Shown: positions 1-10,878, numbered from the stretch's first letter. The stretch: DNA of 64,000 bases from an uncultured delta proteobacterium (GCA_963706575.1 CAVPNL010000002.1:64001-128000), one strand, 5' to 3'. A program made the numbers and translations. The notes: a model not told the origin generated them from the letters alone.

Positions 1-29
1 TTAGCAGTATCCCTCGTTGCATTGTCTGC

Positions 30-54
30 TGTGGGAGCGGCATCTTGCCGCGAT
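30..54 (+). repeat. GTGG-type REP-like palindrome
   Basis: TGTGGGAGCGGCATCTTGCCGCGA; near-identical copies at 4860 and 7294. Confidence 0.75.
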
Positions 55-79
55 CGGCAAATGTTCCATTTATTTTAAT

Positions 80-182
80 TTGACAAAGACGTAGTCCGAT
101 CCTTTATCAAATTTGAAACGCTCAATACTGCATTGAATACAAGACAAAATAATCCCCTTTTTTAAAATTTGAAACGCTCAAT
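80..182 (+). promoter_or_regulatory. sigma70-like -35 plus two 18-bp direct-repeat operator-like sites
   Basis: TTGACA at 80-85; AAATTTGAAACGCTCAAT at 109-126 and 165-182, each an imperfect TTGA-N5-TCAA palindrome. Confidence 0.6.
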
Positions 183-207
183 TTAGAAAAAATTTATGGA
201 GGTCTAC

Positions 208-1000
208 ATGGCTTACGAAAACATCATTTATCAGGTTGAAGAAGGAATTGCGACAATCACGTTTAACCGGCCGAAAGCGCTCAATGCCCTGAACGCTGCA
301 CTTTTGGAAGAATTTTCAGAAGCGCTGGATGAAATTGCCGCCGATGAAAATATCCGGGTTCTGGTGCTGACCGGTGCCGGTGACAAATCCTTTGTGGCCG
401 GAGCCGACATTACCGAACTGGCGACTTATAATTCCCTGACGGCCAAAAATTTTGCGCAAAAAGGTCATGCCATCATCGCTAAACTTCAGCAACTCCCCAT
501 TGCCGTCATCGCAGCGGTAAACGGTTTTGCCCTGGGCGGCGGCACCGAGATTGCGATTGCCTGTGATTTTATTTATGCATCGGAAAACGCCAAATTCGGC
601 CAGCCGGAAATCAATCTGGGTCTGATACCGGGATTCGGCGGCACCCAGCGGCTGCCGCGGTTAATCGGCTCGAATAGGACCAAAGAACTGGTTTTCACCG
701 GTAAAATGATTTCCGCTGCCGAAGCCGAAAAAATCGGACTGGCCAACAAAGTGGTGCCCCAGGATCAGCTGATGGAAGAAGTCATGAAAACCGCCAGGGA
801 AATTGCTTCCAAGGGTAAAGCTCTCTCTCAGGGCTGCCAAACAGGCGATCAACTTTGGACTGAACACCGATCTTGCCACCGGCATTCACATTGAAGTTGA
901 TGGCTTTGCCATGTGCTATGGCAGTTCAGACTCCAAAGAGGGCACCTCGGCTTTTCTTGAAAAAAGAAAGCCGGAATTTAAAGGTAGTTTGAAAGATTAA
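208..1000 (+). CDS. enoyl-CoA hydratase/crotonase (one frameshift near 820)
   Basis: FVAGADI, NGFALGGG and FGQPEINLG motifs; C-terminus (EGTSAFLEKRKPEFKG) in ORF 803-1000; GGAGG RBS at 198-202. Confidence 0.93.
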
Positions 1001-1136
1001 ACGATTGTCGGTTTTGTCGATACTTGCTTGCCTCCAACCTAAAGCGAAGCGCTCCTCAAACGAAGTGCTCCTCTATCGAAGCGATTTTATAGTGGGGCGT
1101 TGGAAGGTAAAGCGATATCTTCTAAAGGTGGGTACT

Positions 1137-1380
1137 ATGGCGGATAAGAAAAACACGCTTCAACTCATCTGGGGCATCCTGCTCCTGTTGGCCGGGGATT
1201 GGCGTTTTTTTTCGAATCCCGCAGGTGATGCCTGAAATTAAAAAAATTGAGCATTTCGCCCCTTACATGCTTTTCATTTATTTTTGCTTTTATCTGCTGG
1301 GTATCTTGTTAATCGTAGGAGGCGGAAGAAAGGTTTACACTTACTTGAAACAACCAAACAGGAAAAATTCAAACAACTGA
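1137..1380 (+). CDS. small two-TM membrane protein (frameshift near 1195)
   Basis: MADKKNTLQLIWGILLLLAG continues in another frame as IGVFFRIPQVMPEI...FCFYLLGILLIVGGGRKVY; stop at ~1380. Confidence 0.55.
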
Positions 1381-1417
1381 GGAAGATTTGGAGTAGTTTC
1401 TTTTCAACATTCCGTTT

Positions 1418-1500
1418 AATTGGTTCAATTTGTTTCATTGGTTGAATTTGTTCAGGCTTAAAACGAATCAAACCAATCAAACCAATACAACCAATATCAA
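1418..1500. repeat. inverted nonamer repeat hairpin (ATTGGTTnn / nnAACCAAT)
   Basis: tandem 9-mers on both arms; related arrays at 3359-3401 and 44519-44580. Confidence 0.7.
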
Positions 1501-3331
1501 CTATTGTTTAGCTGCCTTCCTGAATTTTTCCAGTTGCGCCTTATAGTAAGAGCGATTGTCTTTGGCCAGTTTCAGCGCCCGCTCGCCGACTTCAATCGCT
1601 TCCTGATACATTCCGTTTACAAAATAGCTCTCAGCCAATGTGTCAAAGATGTGGGATGAGGTCTCGACTTCTGCTGCCAATTTTGCAAGACTCAGGGATC
1701 GTTCGGGGTTGCGCAGGGATTCAATCTCACAGGTTGCGTAAAGCCAGGCCAGGTTATTGAGTACATGTGGGTCATGCAACCGCAGCTCAATGGCTTTTTC
1801 ATAGGCGATATTGAACGCCTTCGTAATCTTTACGGTTGTAATAAAGATCTCCCAGAAGTCGATACAAATTGGGATTGTCCGGAGATTTTTGCAGTTCTCG
1901 GGTAATGACTTTTTCTAAAAAATTTTGATTTAATTTATCTCCAATAACGCCCGAGGTTCAGCTGGTATCCAATGACGCCGATCAGCAGCATTGCGGCAAG
2001 GTATATGCCGATGCTTTTTTTGACTTTACGATTATGTTGTTGGATCCATTCCGGCGTCGTATTCACATTTTTGCAGGTAATCGATTCGTTCCCGAATACT
2101 GAAATGGTGCCAGTTCGGTCGGTCGGCGGATTGCCCGCTGGTGGTTACAATTTTTTCCAGCGTTGAGATCAGCGGTTTGGCGGAATCAAATAAAGAGAAA
2201 ACATAGATATCCGCCTGACGTTCGAAATTGCGCATGAAAGAAACCGAAAATAAAGCGAAAATAGATTAAAAACACAATGATGATCACCAGACTGAAAAGG
2301 GCTGAAAAAATGGTGGTCTGATCGAATCCGGTTTTATTGATAAACCAGTAAACCGGCTCAGCATAAATGATTCCAAAAAGAATCATATCAAAAGTGACAT
2401 AAGACAGCAGCATGTAGCCGACAAAAAACATCAGATAAAACACCAGATGTTTTTTTTTGACATGACCGATTTCATGGGCAATGACGGCATCGATTTCTTC
2501 GGGCTCGAGTAATTGAAGCAGGGAAGGGGTTACCAGTATGTAGCGAAACTTTTTGATGAGCCCCATGACGCCGGCAGTGATCATTTTGCCGCCGAAGATC
2601 GGCCAGTAAAGAATATCTGCATAGGCAAGGCCTGCCTTTCGGCATAAACTTTCGATGCGTGTTCGATGCTCGCCGGATTCGAGCGGCTTGCAGCGCCAGA
2701 ATTTCTGGATCATTGCCGGCCCGATGACAGCCACGGCAAAAAGAAAAATGAGAAAGTAAGTCACCTCACCTTCGGTGGTCGCCAGAAAGCGAGCGGGCCA
2801 TTCAAACGGCAGTGCTTTTATCAGATCGGCAAATCCGGAAAGAATAAGCCAGGGAAGCAGCACCGGGATTGAAAAGGTGATGTTTGAAAAAACATATGAT
2901 CTTTTGGAGATGTCGCTGCGGTATAGTTTTTTATAGGGACCATAGGCACACGCCCAGACCAGTGCCAGGTAAAATACAAACAGGCCCAGAAACAACAGCG
3001 CCTCAAGCGTCGGAATCGTATTGAAAAAGGGGATGTCAATTAAAAAAGAGGAGAGATTCAGGCCATAAATGTCGATGGCAAAAACCACAATCGCCATGAT
3101 GGACTGACGCATTAAAATGGAATGAAAAAGAGAATCGAGTTGTGAAAAATTGCCGTTGGCAATTCGCTTTTCGAGTCTGCGAAATAGAAATGCAGTAAAA
3201 TAAAAAAAGAATACAATTAAACCGATAAAGAAGATGATCGTTTCAAGGCCGCTGAAATTGGTCTCTTCGGAAGGCTGATACGTCAGGTATATCAGAAGAA
3301 CAATGATAAAGTATAAAAAATTTCCAAACAT
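1501..3331 (-). CDS. M48 (HtpX/Ste24) family membrane Zn-metalloprotease with C-terminal TPR (frameshifted)
   Basis: AVIAHEIGH, FERQAD, HHFSIRERI motifs over ORFs 2186-3331, 2032-2235 and 1501-1779 (LNNLAWLYAT TPR). Confidence 0.88.
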
Positions 3332-3403
3332 AATATCCGTAATGTTATATATGGCTATATTGGTTTGATTGGTTTTATTGGTTCAATTGGTTCCATCGGT
3401 TAG

Positions 3404-3537
3404 AAATGCCTAAAATCGTCTAAAATGAGCTTAAAATGCCTAAATTTATGGTTTCGCTCGCGCTCCATCTTTTATTATAAATATGATAGAATTCCCTAAT
3501 TTTAGGCATTTTAAATCATTTTTAATTTTAGCTCATT
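3404..3537 (-). mobile_element. ~130 bp nonamer-based palindromic element (family B)
   Basis: reverse complement aligns end to end with 60331-60459; partial copies at 19452 and 50022. Confidence 0.8.
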
Positions 3538-4060
3538 TGAAAAAACGTTCTTTTTCACTGTAGATGCACCCGCAGTAATGCTGCCGGTACAGCCCCATTT
3601 GTTTTGAGCATTCGATGCCTTCCTTCCAGCCCTCCCGATAATCACGGTATAAAAACGGGACACCCACCGATTTGCCGATGGATTCTCCCATCGAGCGGAT
3701 AAGCTCATGTTGCTGGTGCTTGCTGTATAGCAGTGTCGAAGAGAAGTAATCGAATTTTCCGCGTTTGGCGAGCAGGGCCGTTGACCTCAGGCGGTCATGA
3801 TAGCAATAATTACAGCGCTCGGATTCCCGAAAGGCCACATTGCGGATAAATCCTTCCAGATCGTAGCCTTCCTGGTAAATGACCTTCAAATTGATCTGTT
3901 CGGCATAGGCTTCAAGGGCTTCCTGACGCCTTAAACATTCGGTGTAGGGATGAATGTTGTGGCGGTAAAAAAAGCCCATGACCTCAAGGCCCTCTTCTCG
4001 CATGTTATTGATCGGATATATGGCGCAGTTTGCGCAGCAGACGTGCAAAAGGACTTTCAT
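3533..4060 (-). CDS. queH: epoxyqueuosine reductase QueH (DUF208)
   Basis: [35 protein letters not shown] motifs. Confidence 0.9.
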   Translation of the reverse strand: MKVLLHVCCANCAIYPINNMREEGLEVMGFFYRHNIHPYTECLRRQEALEAYAEQINLKVIYQEGYDLEGFIRNVAFRESERCNYCYHDRLRSTALLAKRGKFDYFSSTLLYSKHQQHELIRSMGESIGKSVGVPFLYRDYREGWKEGIECSKQMGLYRQHYCGCIYSEKERFFK

Positions 4061-4742
4061 TGTCTTTCTCCAAATATCGCCGTGCCGATCCTCACCAGGG
4101 TGGCGCCCTCTTTGATGGCAACTTCAAAATCACCGGTCATACCCATAGACAGTTCGTCCAGGGATACATTGGGCAGCGATTGTTCTTTTATCTGATCCCG
4201 CAGTTTCACGCAGGGCGGCGAAAAACGGCCGGACTTTTTCCGGTTGGTAAAAATAGGGCGGCATGGTCATCAGGCCTTTAACGGCGAGGTTTTTCAACTG
4301 GCTGATCTCTGCAATCAGCCGGGGGGCCTCATCAGGTCGAGATTCCGGATTTGGTGTCCTCAGCGCTGATATTGACCTGCACCAGGATTTGCTGGATTTT
4401 ATCCACTTTTCCGGCCTGTTTGTCCAGTTCACGTGCCAGTTTGAGTGAATCGACCGAATGAATTAAATCAAAAAGCCTGACGGCATATTTGGCTTTGTTT
4501 GATTGCAGATGTCCGATAAAATGCCAGCTGACCGGATATTGAACCAGTGCTTTGAATTTATCGCGTGCTTCCTGGACGTAATTTTCGCCCAGAATGGTGA
4601 CACCGGCCTCGATGGCTTCTTTGACGATGTCAGCCGCAATGGTCTTGCTCACCGCCACCAGGCGAACGGAATCCGCATCCCGATTACAGGATTCGGCCGC
4701 CTGGCGAATTCGCTGTCTTATCTGTTCCAGTCGTTGTTTCAA
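4057..4742 (-). CDS. yggS: YggS/PROSC PLP-binding protein (frameshifted)
   Basis: [59 protein letters not shown] across frames; stop overlaps queH start. Confidence 0.9.
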
Positions 4743-4821
4743 TTTTAAGCCTCGTTAATCGAATTTTCTGCCAATAAAATAACACAATTTTACTGAATCA
4801 AAAACCGATCTCAAAAACGAA

Positions 4822-4883
4822 TCGTGGCTGGAAGCCACTCCCACAACGCATTGCAGCAGTGTGGGAGCGGCATATTGCCGCGA
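4822..4883. repeat. back-to-back pair of GTGG-type REPs
   Basis: TCGTGGCTGGAAGCCACTCCCACA (4822-4845, minus) and TGTGGGAGCGGCATATTGCCGCGA (4860-4883). Confidence 0.75.
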
Positions 4884-4942
4884 AAAAGCTTCAGTACAAA
4901 GCTATTGGGCCTAATCCTGTCGCCGGCGGATTTAGATCGCTT

Positions 4943-5553
4943 CTAACGCTTTGTTGGATTAAGTCCGATGACCCCTTCCTGGGTCAGAAACTCAATCACC
5001 TCACACACCGGAAGACCGACGACATTGGTATAAGATCCGTTAATGCTTTTGACCAGAAAGGTCCCGATACCCTGAATGGCATAGGCACCGGCTTTGTCAA
5101 AAGGTTCGCCGGTTTGAATATACCAGTTCGATTTCTGCATCATTTAGCTTTTTAAAATGCACATCGGTTTTTACTGTTTCTGAAAAAAATCTATTTTTCT
5201 TTTTACAGCAAATACAATACCCGGTCAGCACCTGATGCGTTTTGCCGCTGAGGCGCTGAAGCATATCGTGGGCCTCTTCTTGTGGAACCGGGTTTACCCA
5301 GAATTTTGCGGTCGATGAGCACAATCGTGTCGGCTCCGATGACCCAGGCGGCCGGATGCTTTTGCGATATATCGAGCGCCTTTGATTCGGCCAGCGTGAT
5401 GACATAGGAATCCGGGTTAGACAACGCCACCGTACTTTCGTCAAAGTCACTTGGAATTACGGAAAATGTGAGCCCCGCCTGTTCTAGTAATTCGCTTCGC
5501 CGCGGGGATTTGGAGGCGAGAATTAACCTGGAACGATCATGCGGCGCATTCAT
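4943..5553 (-). CDS. maf: Maf family nucleoside triphosphate pyrophosphatase (frameshifted)
   Basis: [37 protein letters not shown] over three frames. Confidence 0.9.
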
Positions 5554-5690
5554 GTTCAATCATTATCAGATGAAATACCGTTTGACAAGACGCAAGAAAT
5601 TAGAATAAATTAAATGAGTTAAATATTTTATGTTAGATTTGGTAAATTCAGACCTTTGACTTCGAAAACCTTTCTTTAAACAGGCCACCG

Positions 5691-7213
5691 ATGACTGAAG
5701 ATTCGACGGTAAAGTACCGAATACTGGCTGTTGACGATGATTCAGACGATTTTAGATCTGTATCGTCAGATTTTGAATTCAGATGCAAAAAGAGGCGGCT
5801 TTAAAGGCCGCATTTGAGGTCGATTGCTGCACCCAGGGCAGATGAAGCGGTTGAGGCTGTAAAACTCTCCCTTGAATTCAACCGATCCTATTGCAGTCAT
5901 TTTTCTGGATTTGAACCTGCCGCCCGGGCCCTGATGGAGAATGGACGGCAGAACAGATTCAGAAGCTGGATCCTTATACCAACATCGTACTGGTCAGCGG
6001 CTTTATGCGTGCCGGCCCGGAAAAATTGGTAAATCGGTCGGACGCTTCCGACAAGCTCCTGTACCTGCAAAAGCCGTTTCATCGGCAGGAAATTCTTCAA
6101 TTCGCAACTGCGTTGAGCGTAAAATGGCAGGCCGAAATCGAATTGCGCAATCTGCACCAGGAGATGGAGGGTTTGGTGGGCGAACGCACCAGATGCCCTG
6201 CTGCAAACCAACAAACAGCTGCGCAAGGAAATTGAATTCCGCCAGGAAACCGAAAAAGCGCTGCACATGAGCGAAGTTAATTTTCGCAACATGATTTACA
6301 ACAATGCCGACGGCATTCTGATCCTGGATGAAAATTCAATCGTGAAGTTCATGAACCCGGCGGCTGAAACCATTTTCGGAACCAAAGCCGAGCATTTTGT
6401 CGGTCAGAGCCTTCGAACACCTGATTATTCCGGGCAAACCCACCGAGCTGGATATTATTATCGGGGACGGCAAATCCGTTGTGGCTGAAATGCGGGTCAT
6501 GGAAACGGAATGGGAAGGGAAAAAGGCCTATCTGGCATCTTTGCGGGATATTACCGATCGCAAACACATGCAGCTAGCGGCTGCAGGTCAGTCTGGACAA
6601 CCTCAAAGAGGTGATGGACGGAACGATCCGCGCCATGGCACTGGCGGTCGAAATGCGAGACCCTTACACCTCGGGCCACCAGCACCGTGTGGCACAACTG
6701 GCCCAGGCCATCGCTGAGAGAAATCAGCCTGCCCGCTGACGATGTCGAAGGGGTTTATATGGCGGCTTCAATTCATGATATCGGTAAAATCTCGTTGCCG
6801 GCCGAGATCCTCAGCAAACCGGTAAAATTGACTGAAATCGAACGAAAAATGATCCAGGCACATTCAAAGGTGGGCTATGATATCTTAAATGGAATTGATT
6901 TTTCCTGGCCCATTGCCCAGATCGTGCTGCAGCACCATGAACGGATGGACGGTAGCGGGTATCCCCATGGACTCGGCGGAAAAGAGATTTTGATCGGGGC
7001 ACGAATTGTCGGTGTAGCCGATGTGGTTGAAACCATGGCATCTCACCGGCCTTACCGGCCCGCCATCGGGCTGGACAAGGCGCTGGACAGAAGTTTTTAA
7101 AAACAGGGGCAGGCTCTATGATGAAAAGGTGGTAAATGCCTGTCTGACGACTTTTTAACGAAAAAGGCTTCGAATTCCCGGAACCCCAACATTTATTATC
7201 CGCCAATTCCTGA
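5691..7213 (+). CDS. response regulator-PAS-HD-GYP c-di-GMP phosphodiesterase (multiple frameshifts)
   Basis: ILAVDDD receiver start, PAS-like segment ending LRDITDRK, RDPYTSGHQ, IHDIGK, HHERMDGSGYP, SHRPYRP. Confidence 0.85.
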
Positions 7214-7256
7214 AATATTACCCGAATGAAGCGAAAATAGTTAATTCGACTTTTCT

Positions 7257-7317
7257 TCGTGGCTAAAAGCCACTCCCACATCGCATACGAACTTGTGGGA
7301 GCGGCATCTTGCCGCGA
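7257..7317. repeat. back-to-back pair of GTGG-type REPs
   Basis: same arrangement as 4822-4883. Confidence 0.75.
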
Positions 7318-7336
7318 TATTCTACGGCCACGTTAA

Positions 7337-7520
7337 TAGAACTCATCTCAAAAATAGGATTTTGGTTCAAGATCGCGGCGGGGTGACTATCCAGCGTTCT
7401 GGATTCCCGCGCAGGCGAGGATATCTTGCTGTGAGTCGAACCGGACTCCCGCCTGACGGCGAGATGACAATCATTTAGCAACAGATATTGGGCCAAAAGA
7501 CATTTTTGAGATGGGTTCTA
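7337..7520. mobile_element. TA-flanked hairpin MITE, diverged relative of family A
   Basis: 19-bp terminal inverted repeats TAGAACTCATCTCAAAAAT / ATTTTTGAGATGGGTTCTA (1 mismatch); internal GGTTCAAG...TTGGGCC as in family A. Confidence 0.75.
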
Positions 7521-7602
7521 AAAAGATTTAATTAAGCGCGTACGCTCAATTAAATCTTGAAAACCCGTTTCATTTCAGGTATCAGAGCACTTAATCCAAA
7601 AT

Positions 7603-7690
7603 GCCCGGGTGGCGGAAATGGTAGACGCAAGGGACTTAAAATCCCTCGGTACTAAGTGCCGTGCCGGTTCAATTCCGGCCCCGGGCACCA
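7603..7690 (+). tRNA. tRNA-Leu(TAA)
   Basis: acceptor stem GCCCGGG/CCCGGGC-ACCA, anticodon arm AGGGA-CTTAAAA-TCCCT, long variable arm, T-loop GGTTCAATTCC. Confidence 0.97.
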
Positions 7691-7696
7691 ATAAAA

Positions 7697-7738
7697 TAAA
7701 GGGTTTAGAAGAATCCATCTAAACCCTTTATTGTTTTT
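7697..7738 (+). terminator. hairpin/terminator after tRNA
   Basis: TAAAGGGTTTAGA...TCTAAACCCTTTA followed by T-rich tract. Confidence 0.6.
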
Positions 7739-7907
7739 AACATCAATTTTCTTCGTATTTATCCCCATCTTGTCCCCAACAAACGACGGTTGCATAGAAG
7801 ATTTTTGACAGAGAATCGCTATTCTGATAGATAAAAATCGTTTCTATCTTCTTATCCAAATAATAGCAAGCGGATAACCCGATGGAGGTTTTCATGAGCT
7901 GAATTAG

Positions 7908-7945
7908 AACCCCACTTCTCTATGAGAAATGGGGTTTTTATTTTT
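7908..7945 (+). terminator. intrinsic terminator
   Basis: AACCCCACTTCTC-TAT-GAGAAATGGGGTT followed by T-rich tract. Confidence 0.65.
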
Positions 7946-7979
7946 CGAACCTCTCAATATATAAGAATGAGGAACAAAA

Positions 7980-8342
7980 ATGGACAGTGATCAAGCGCTG
8001 TTTTCCGAACACTATGCAGCCGCTCAATCATTGAAGAGTCCCTGGACTCGGATGGCAAGCACTTATGGCTGCATAATGGTTGTTTTGTCCAGAAAAATGT
8101 TGACGATAAAGCCCCATTGGTTTGCAAAATGGGCGATACGTTTACTTGCCCTGGATCTAAATCACGAGATACCTATCACCAATGTCAAAAGTGTAACGAA
8201 GAAGGGAAAATGCTTTGGCTATGGCAAAATCGAATTGCATTTTGTGACCATACACGGAGAAAACCAAAAAATATTGCTATACCTGAAAAAATATCAGGAA
8301 TTTGTTGATAAGACAGAAAGGGAATGCAGGAAGATGCACTGA
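7980..8342 (+). CDS. hypothetical protein (possible PH-like beta fold)
   Basis: 120-aa ORF with GAGG RBS; no recognised motif. Confidence 0.55.
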   Translation: MDSDQALFSEHYAAAQSLKSPWTRMASTYGCIMVVLSRKMLTIKPHWFAKWAIRLLALDLNHEIPITNVKSVTKKGKCFGYGKIELHFVTIHGENQKILLYLKKYQEFVDKTERECRKMH

Positions 8343-8604
8343 AATGGTTTGTGATATTCTGGCATATCACAAGTTGCCTGTTTTAGTGATATTCTCATCT
8401 GCAATTTTTAGATTATTGCCGGAACACAATATGCAGGGCATCCCATAATTCATAAACATCAACACTATCTATTGTATACTTCTCTGGTGAACTCAAAATG
8501 GTTACGGCATACCTTGGTAAAAATGTAGGCGTTTTGATATGTTGACCTTTAATGGACACTATTGGCAATATTCTTCACTTTGACATCATGCATTTTGCGG
8601 TATT

Positions 8605-9855
8605 ATGGACTCAATAACAGCATCATCTAAACCGAATATGGTCGGTTGGATACTATTAGCAAATATATTGCTATCTCTTGCCCTTGGATGCAGTATTCCT
8701 TCCAATGGACCACAGAAAACATTAACTCCAGAATTTATTGAACAAGGTGTTTATGGCAAATCAAAGAAGTACCTTAAGAACGGCCTATCAGTTGTTTATC
8801 TAACAGGAACCCCCTATGAAATTGGATTAGCCCATGGGAAACTCTGTAAAAAAGAGATAGAAGAATTAAATGCAAGATTTTTCAATCTATTTGATCGCTT
8901 TGCCAAAGATCCTCATAATAGATGGATTGAATTATCGAGACAACTCGAAAAAAATATTCCAAAAGAATACATTGATGAGATGCGTGGTATTTCGGATGGT
9001 TCAAGTATTGAGTACAATAAGATCCTGTTTGCCAATACATTGTCCACAATTTCAATGAAGGATTCATGTTTGGCCTTTGCATTTCAGAACTCCAATTCAG
9101 AAATCATTACCCTTCGACAAGATGATGAGTTTAAAAACACTGATTTTCACCGTAAGATGATTTTGTTCATAATAAAACCGGAGAAAGGGATAGGGTTTGC
9201 CGCTATAATTACACCAGGATGGATTGATGGAGAGACAGGCATCAACGAAAAGGGGATTACAGTTTCACAGAACAATATAGGGATTAAGCAAAAAGAGTGG
9301 GATGTTATGCCGATCACCGTATTGTCCAGATACATGCTACAGTATTCTAAAACAATCGATGAGATTGACCGGCTGCTTGATGAGCAGCACGCATATCCGG
9401 GCCGATTGATATTCGTATCAAGCAGAGATGGAGCTTCTGTGTTTGAGTTCGCTAATACAGAAAAAGCCAGAATCAATATGAAGAACGGATTTCTTGCTTT
9501 ATCGAATCATGCGAGGGTGATTCCATCTCGGAGGTCAGATGGTAGTTCTGTGAAGCGGCTTTCCATACTTGAGGAATTCTTGACTGAGAATGGCGATAAA
9601 ATGAGTATCGAAAAAGCCATTGAACTTGCTAGAACACCTTACCTTTCACGCGACAATTTCTGGGACAGGCTGCGAGTTCATAACAGACAGGCCTACGTCT
9701 TTTCGCCCAGAACGCTCAATTTCTGGATAGCTCGTCCACCATCAAATAACAATAAACCAGCATGCTATGGGTCATATGCCGGTTTCAATTTGATTCAGGA
9801 ACTATACGGCTCTGGGCAAGATCCAAGTCCCAAATCTTTTCCTGCGTATAAGTAA
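8605..9855 (+). CDS. C45 family Ntn-hydrolase/acyltransferase, putative lipoprotein
   Basis: GTPYEIGLAHG, DEMRGIS, DSCLAF (putative nucleophile Cys), TGINEKG, SNH; lipobox LALGC. Confidence 0.8.
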   Translation: MDSITASSKPNMVGWILLANILLSLALGCSIPSNGPQKTLTPEFIEQGVYGKSKKYLKNGLSVVYLTGTPYEIGLAHGKLCKKEIEELNARFFNLFDRFAKDPHNRWIELSRQLEKNIPKEYIDEMRGISDGSSIEYNKILFANTLSTISMKDSCLAFAFQNSNSEIITLRQDDEFKNTDFHRKMILFIIKPEKGIGFAAIITPGWIDGETGINEKGITVSQNNIGIKQKEWDVMPITVLSRYMLQYSKTIDEIDRLLDEQHAYPGRLIFVSSRDGASVFEFANTEKARINMKNGFLALSNHARVIPSRRSDGSSVKRLSILEEFLTENGDKMSIEKAIELARTPYLSRDNFWDRLRVHNRQAYVFSPRTLNFWIARPPSNNNKPACYGSYAGFNLIQELYGSGQDPSPKSFPAYK

Positions 9856-10341
9856 AAAATGCGACCATTAGTCCTCGGTCCAGGTGGCGTACCTCATATA
9901 CTATAATGCGGATTATTGTCCTCATGGGTGATGCAGTTAGAAAGCGTGGATCTTTATATAAAGTCCACGCTTTTCTAATTTTATATGGGGACACAAGATA
10001 TTGGGGTGGCGGACTCTAACTTTAAACTGGGATGCTCCAACATATCAGTACTTTTGGAAACCTGAAAAACCTGTGATATTCGATTTTAATCACAACTCAA
10101 AAGGGTGAATCCGGGCCTATAGTACGCCGGGGGACTTACCTGCCCACTGACCGCTGTCCGCTTTACTCTAAACGAAGACGGAGACTTCAGCGAAGAGAGA
10201 TCCTCCAGGAGTCACTTCGTCAATACCTCCCACAATTTTGCCGTCGTAGAGGCAGTTCTCAATTTCTTGCCTGCCTGTAGCAGGAATGCTAAAATAAGGA
10301 AACAATTGAATTTTGAATTGGAAGCGCAAGGTATTGGTACA

Positions 10342-10878
10342 ATGGTAAAATGCCCGAGATGCAACCTCGAACAAGAAGATTCAGCTCAATGCGAGTATTG
10401 CGGTCTTGTTTTTGAAACGCTTGGGGACTCAACCCCTGCCGCAAAGGCCGTACAACCGAAACGGGCTGTGTTGTTTGCCATTATTCTGGTTGTAGCAGGG
10501 GCCCTGGTTGCCGGTTATTTATTTATTTCCGATCAAAACAAATCCGGCGAAAAATCCACAAGCGTTAAGCGTTCAAGCGATTTTGCCCTAACAGCCGACG
10601 AAAATGATCTCAAGACAGTGGCAAAAGAATTATCCGGTGATGTCGGTCTCTTAAACGACCTTACGGGCGGATATACAAAGGGCAGCATTATAGCGATGAT
10701 CATTTTCAGCATCATCGGGCTTGGTTATTTTACTTATGGGAAAAAGAGCCAACAATTTTTAATGCTCCTCTGTGGCATCGCTCTCATGGGATATTCTTAT
10801 TTTGTGGACGGCACCGGCTATATTATTTTGATCGGGGTAGGCCTGAGTGTGATTCCCTTTATTATTGGCAGAAAATAG
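10342..10878 (+). CDS. zinc-ribbon membrane protein
   Basis: N-terminal CPRC...CEYC, one TM, then three C-terminal hydrophobic helices (GYFTYGKK). Confidence 0.7.
   Translation: MVKCPRCNLEQEDSAQCEYCGLVFETLGDSTPAAKAVQPKRAVLFAIILVVAGALVAGYLFISDQNKSGEKSTSVKRSSDFALTADENDLKTVAKELSGDVGLLNDLTGGYTKGSIIAMIIFSIIGLGYFTYGKKSQQFLMLLCGIALMGYSYFVDGTGYIILIGVGLSVIPFIIGRK

Noticed and set aside
803..840. Programmed frameshift in the crotonase gene
   Set aside because: No clear slippery site or stimulator, and it lies in the error-dense region
1046..1086. Triple 16-bp-period repeat CGAAG(C/T)GCTCCTC
   Set aside because: Only 2.5 degenerate units at a single locus; no supportable function
7894..7965. Selenocysteine read-through of ATG AGC TGA using the following hairpin as SECIS
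   Set aside because: Read-through hits TAA after ~20 codons and is out of frame with the 7980 gene; the hairpin looks like a terminator
10100..10260. Integrase or transposase remnant inside the tRNA island
   Set aside because: No recognisable catalytic motif in the frames I could read
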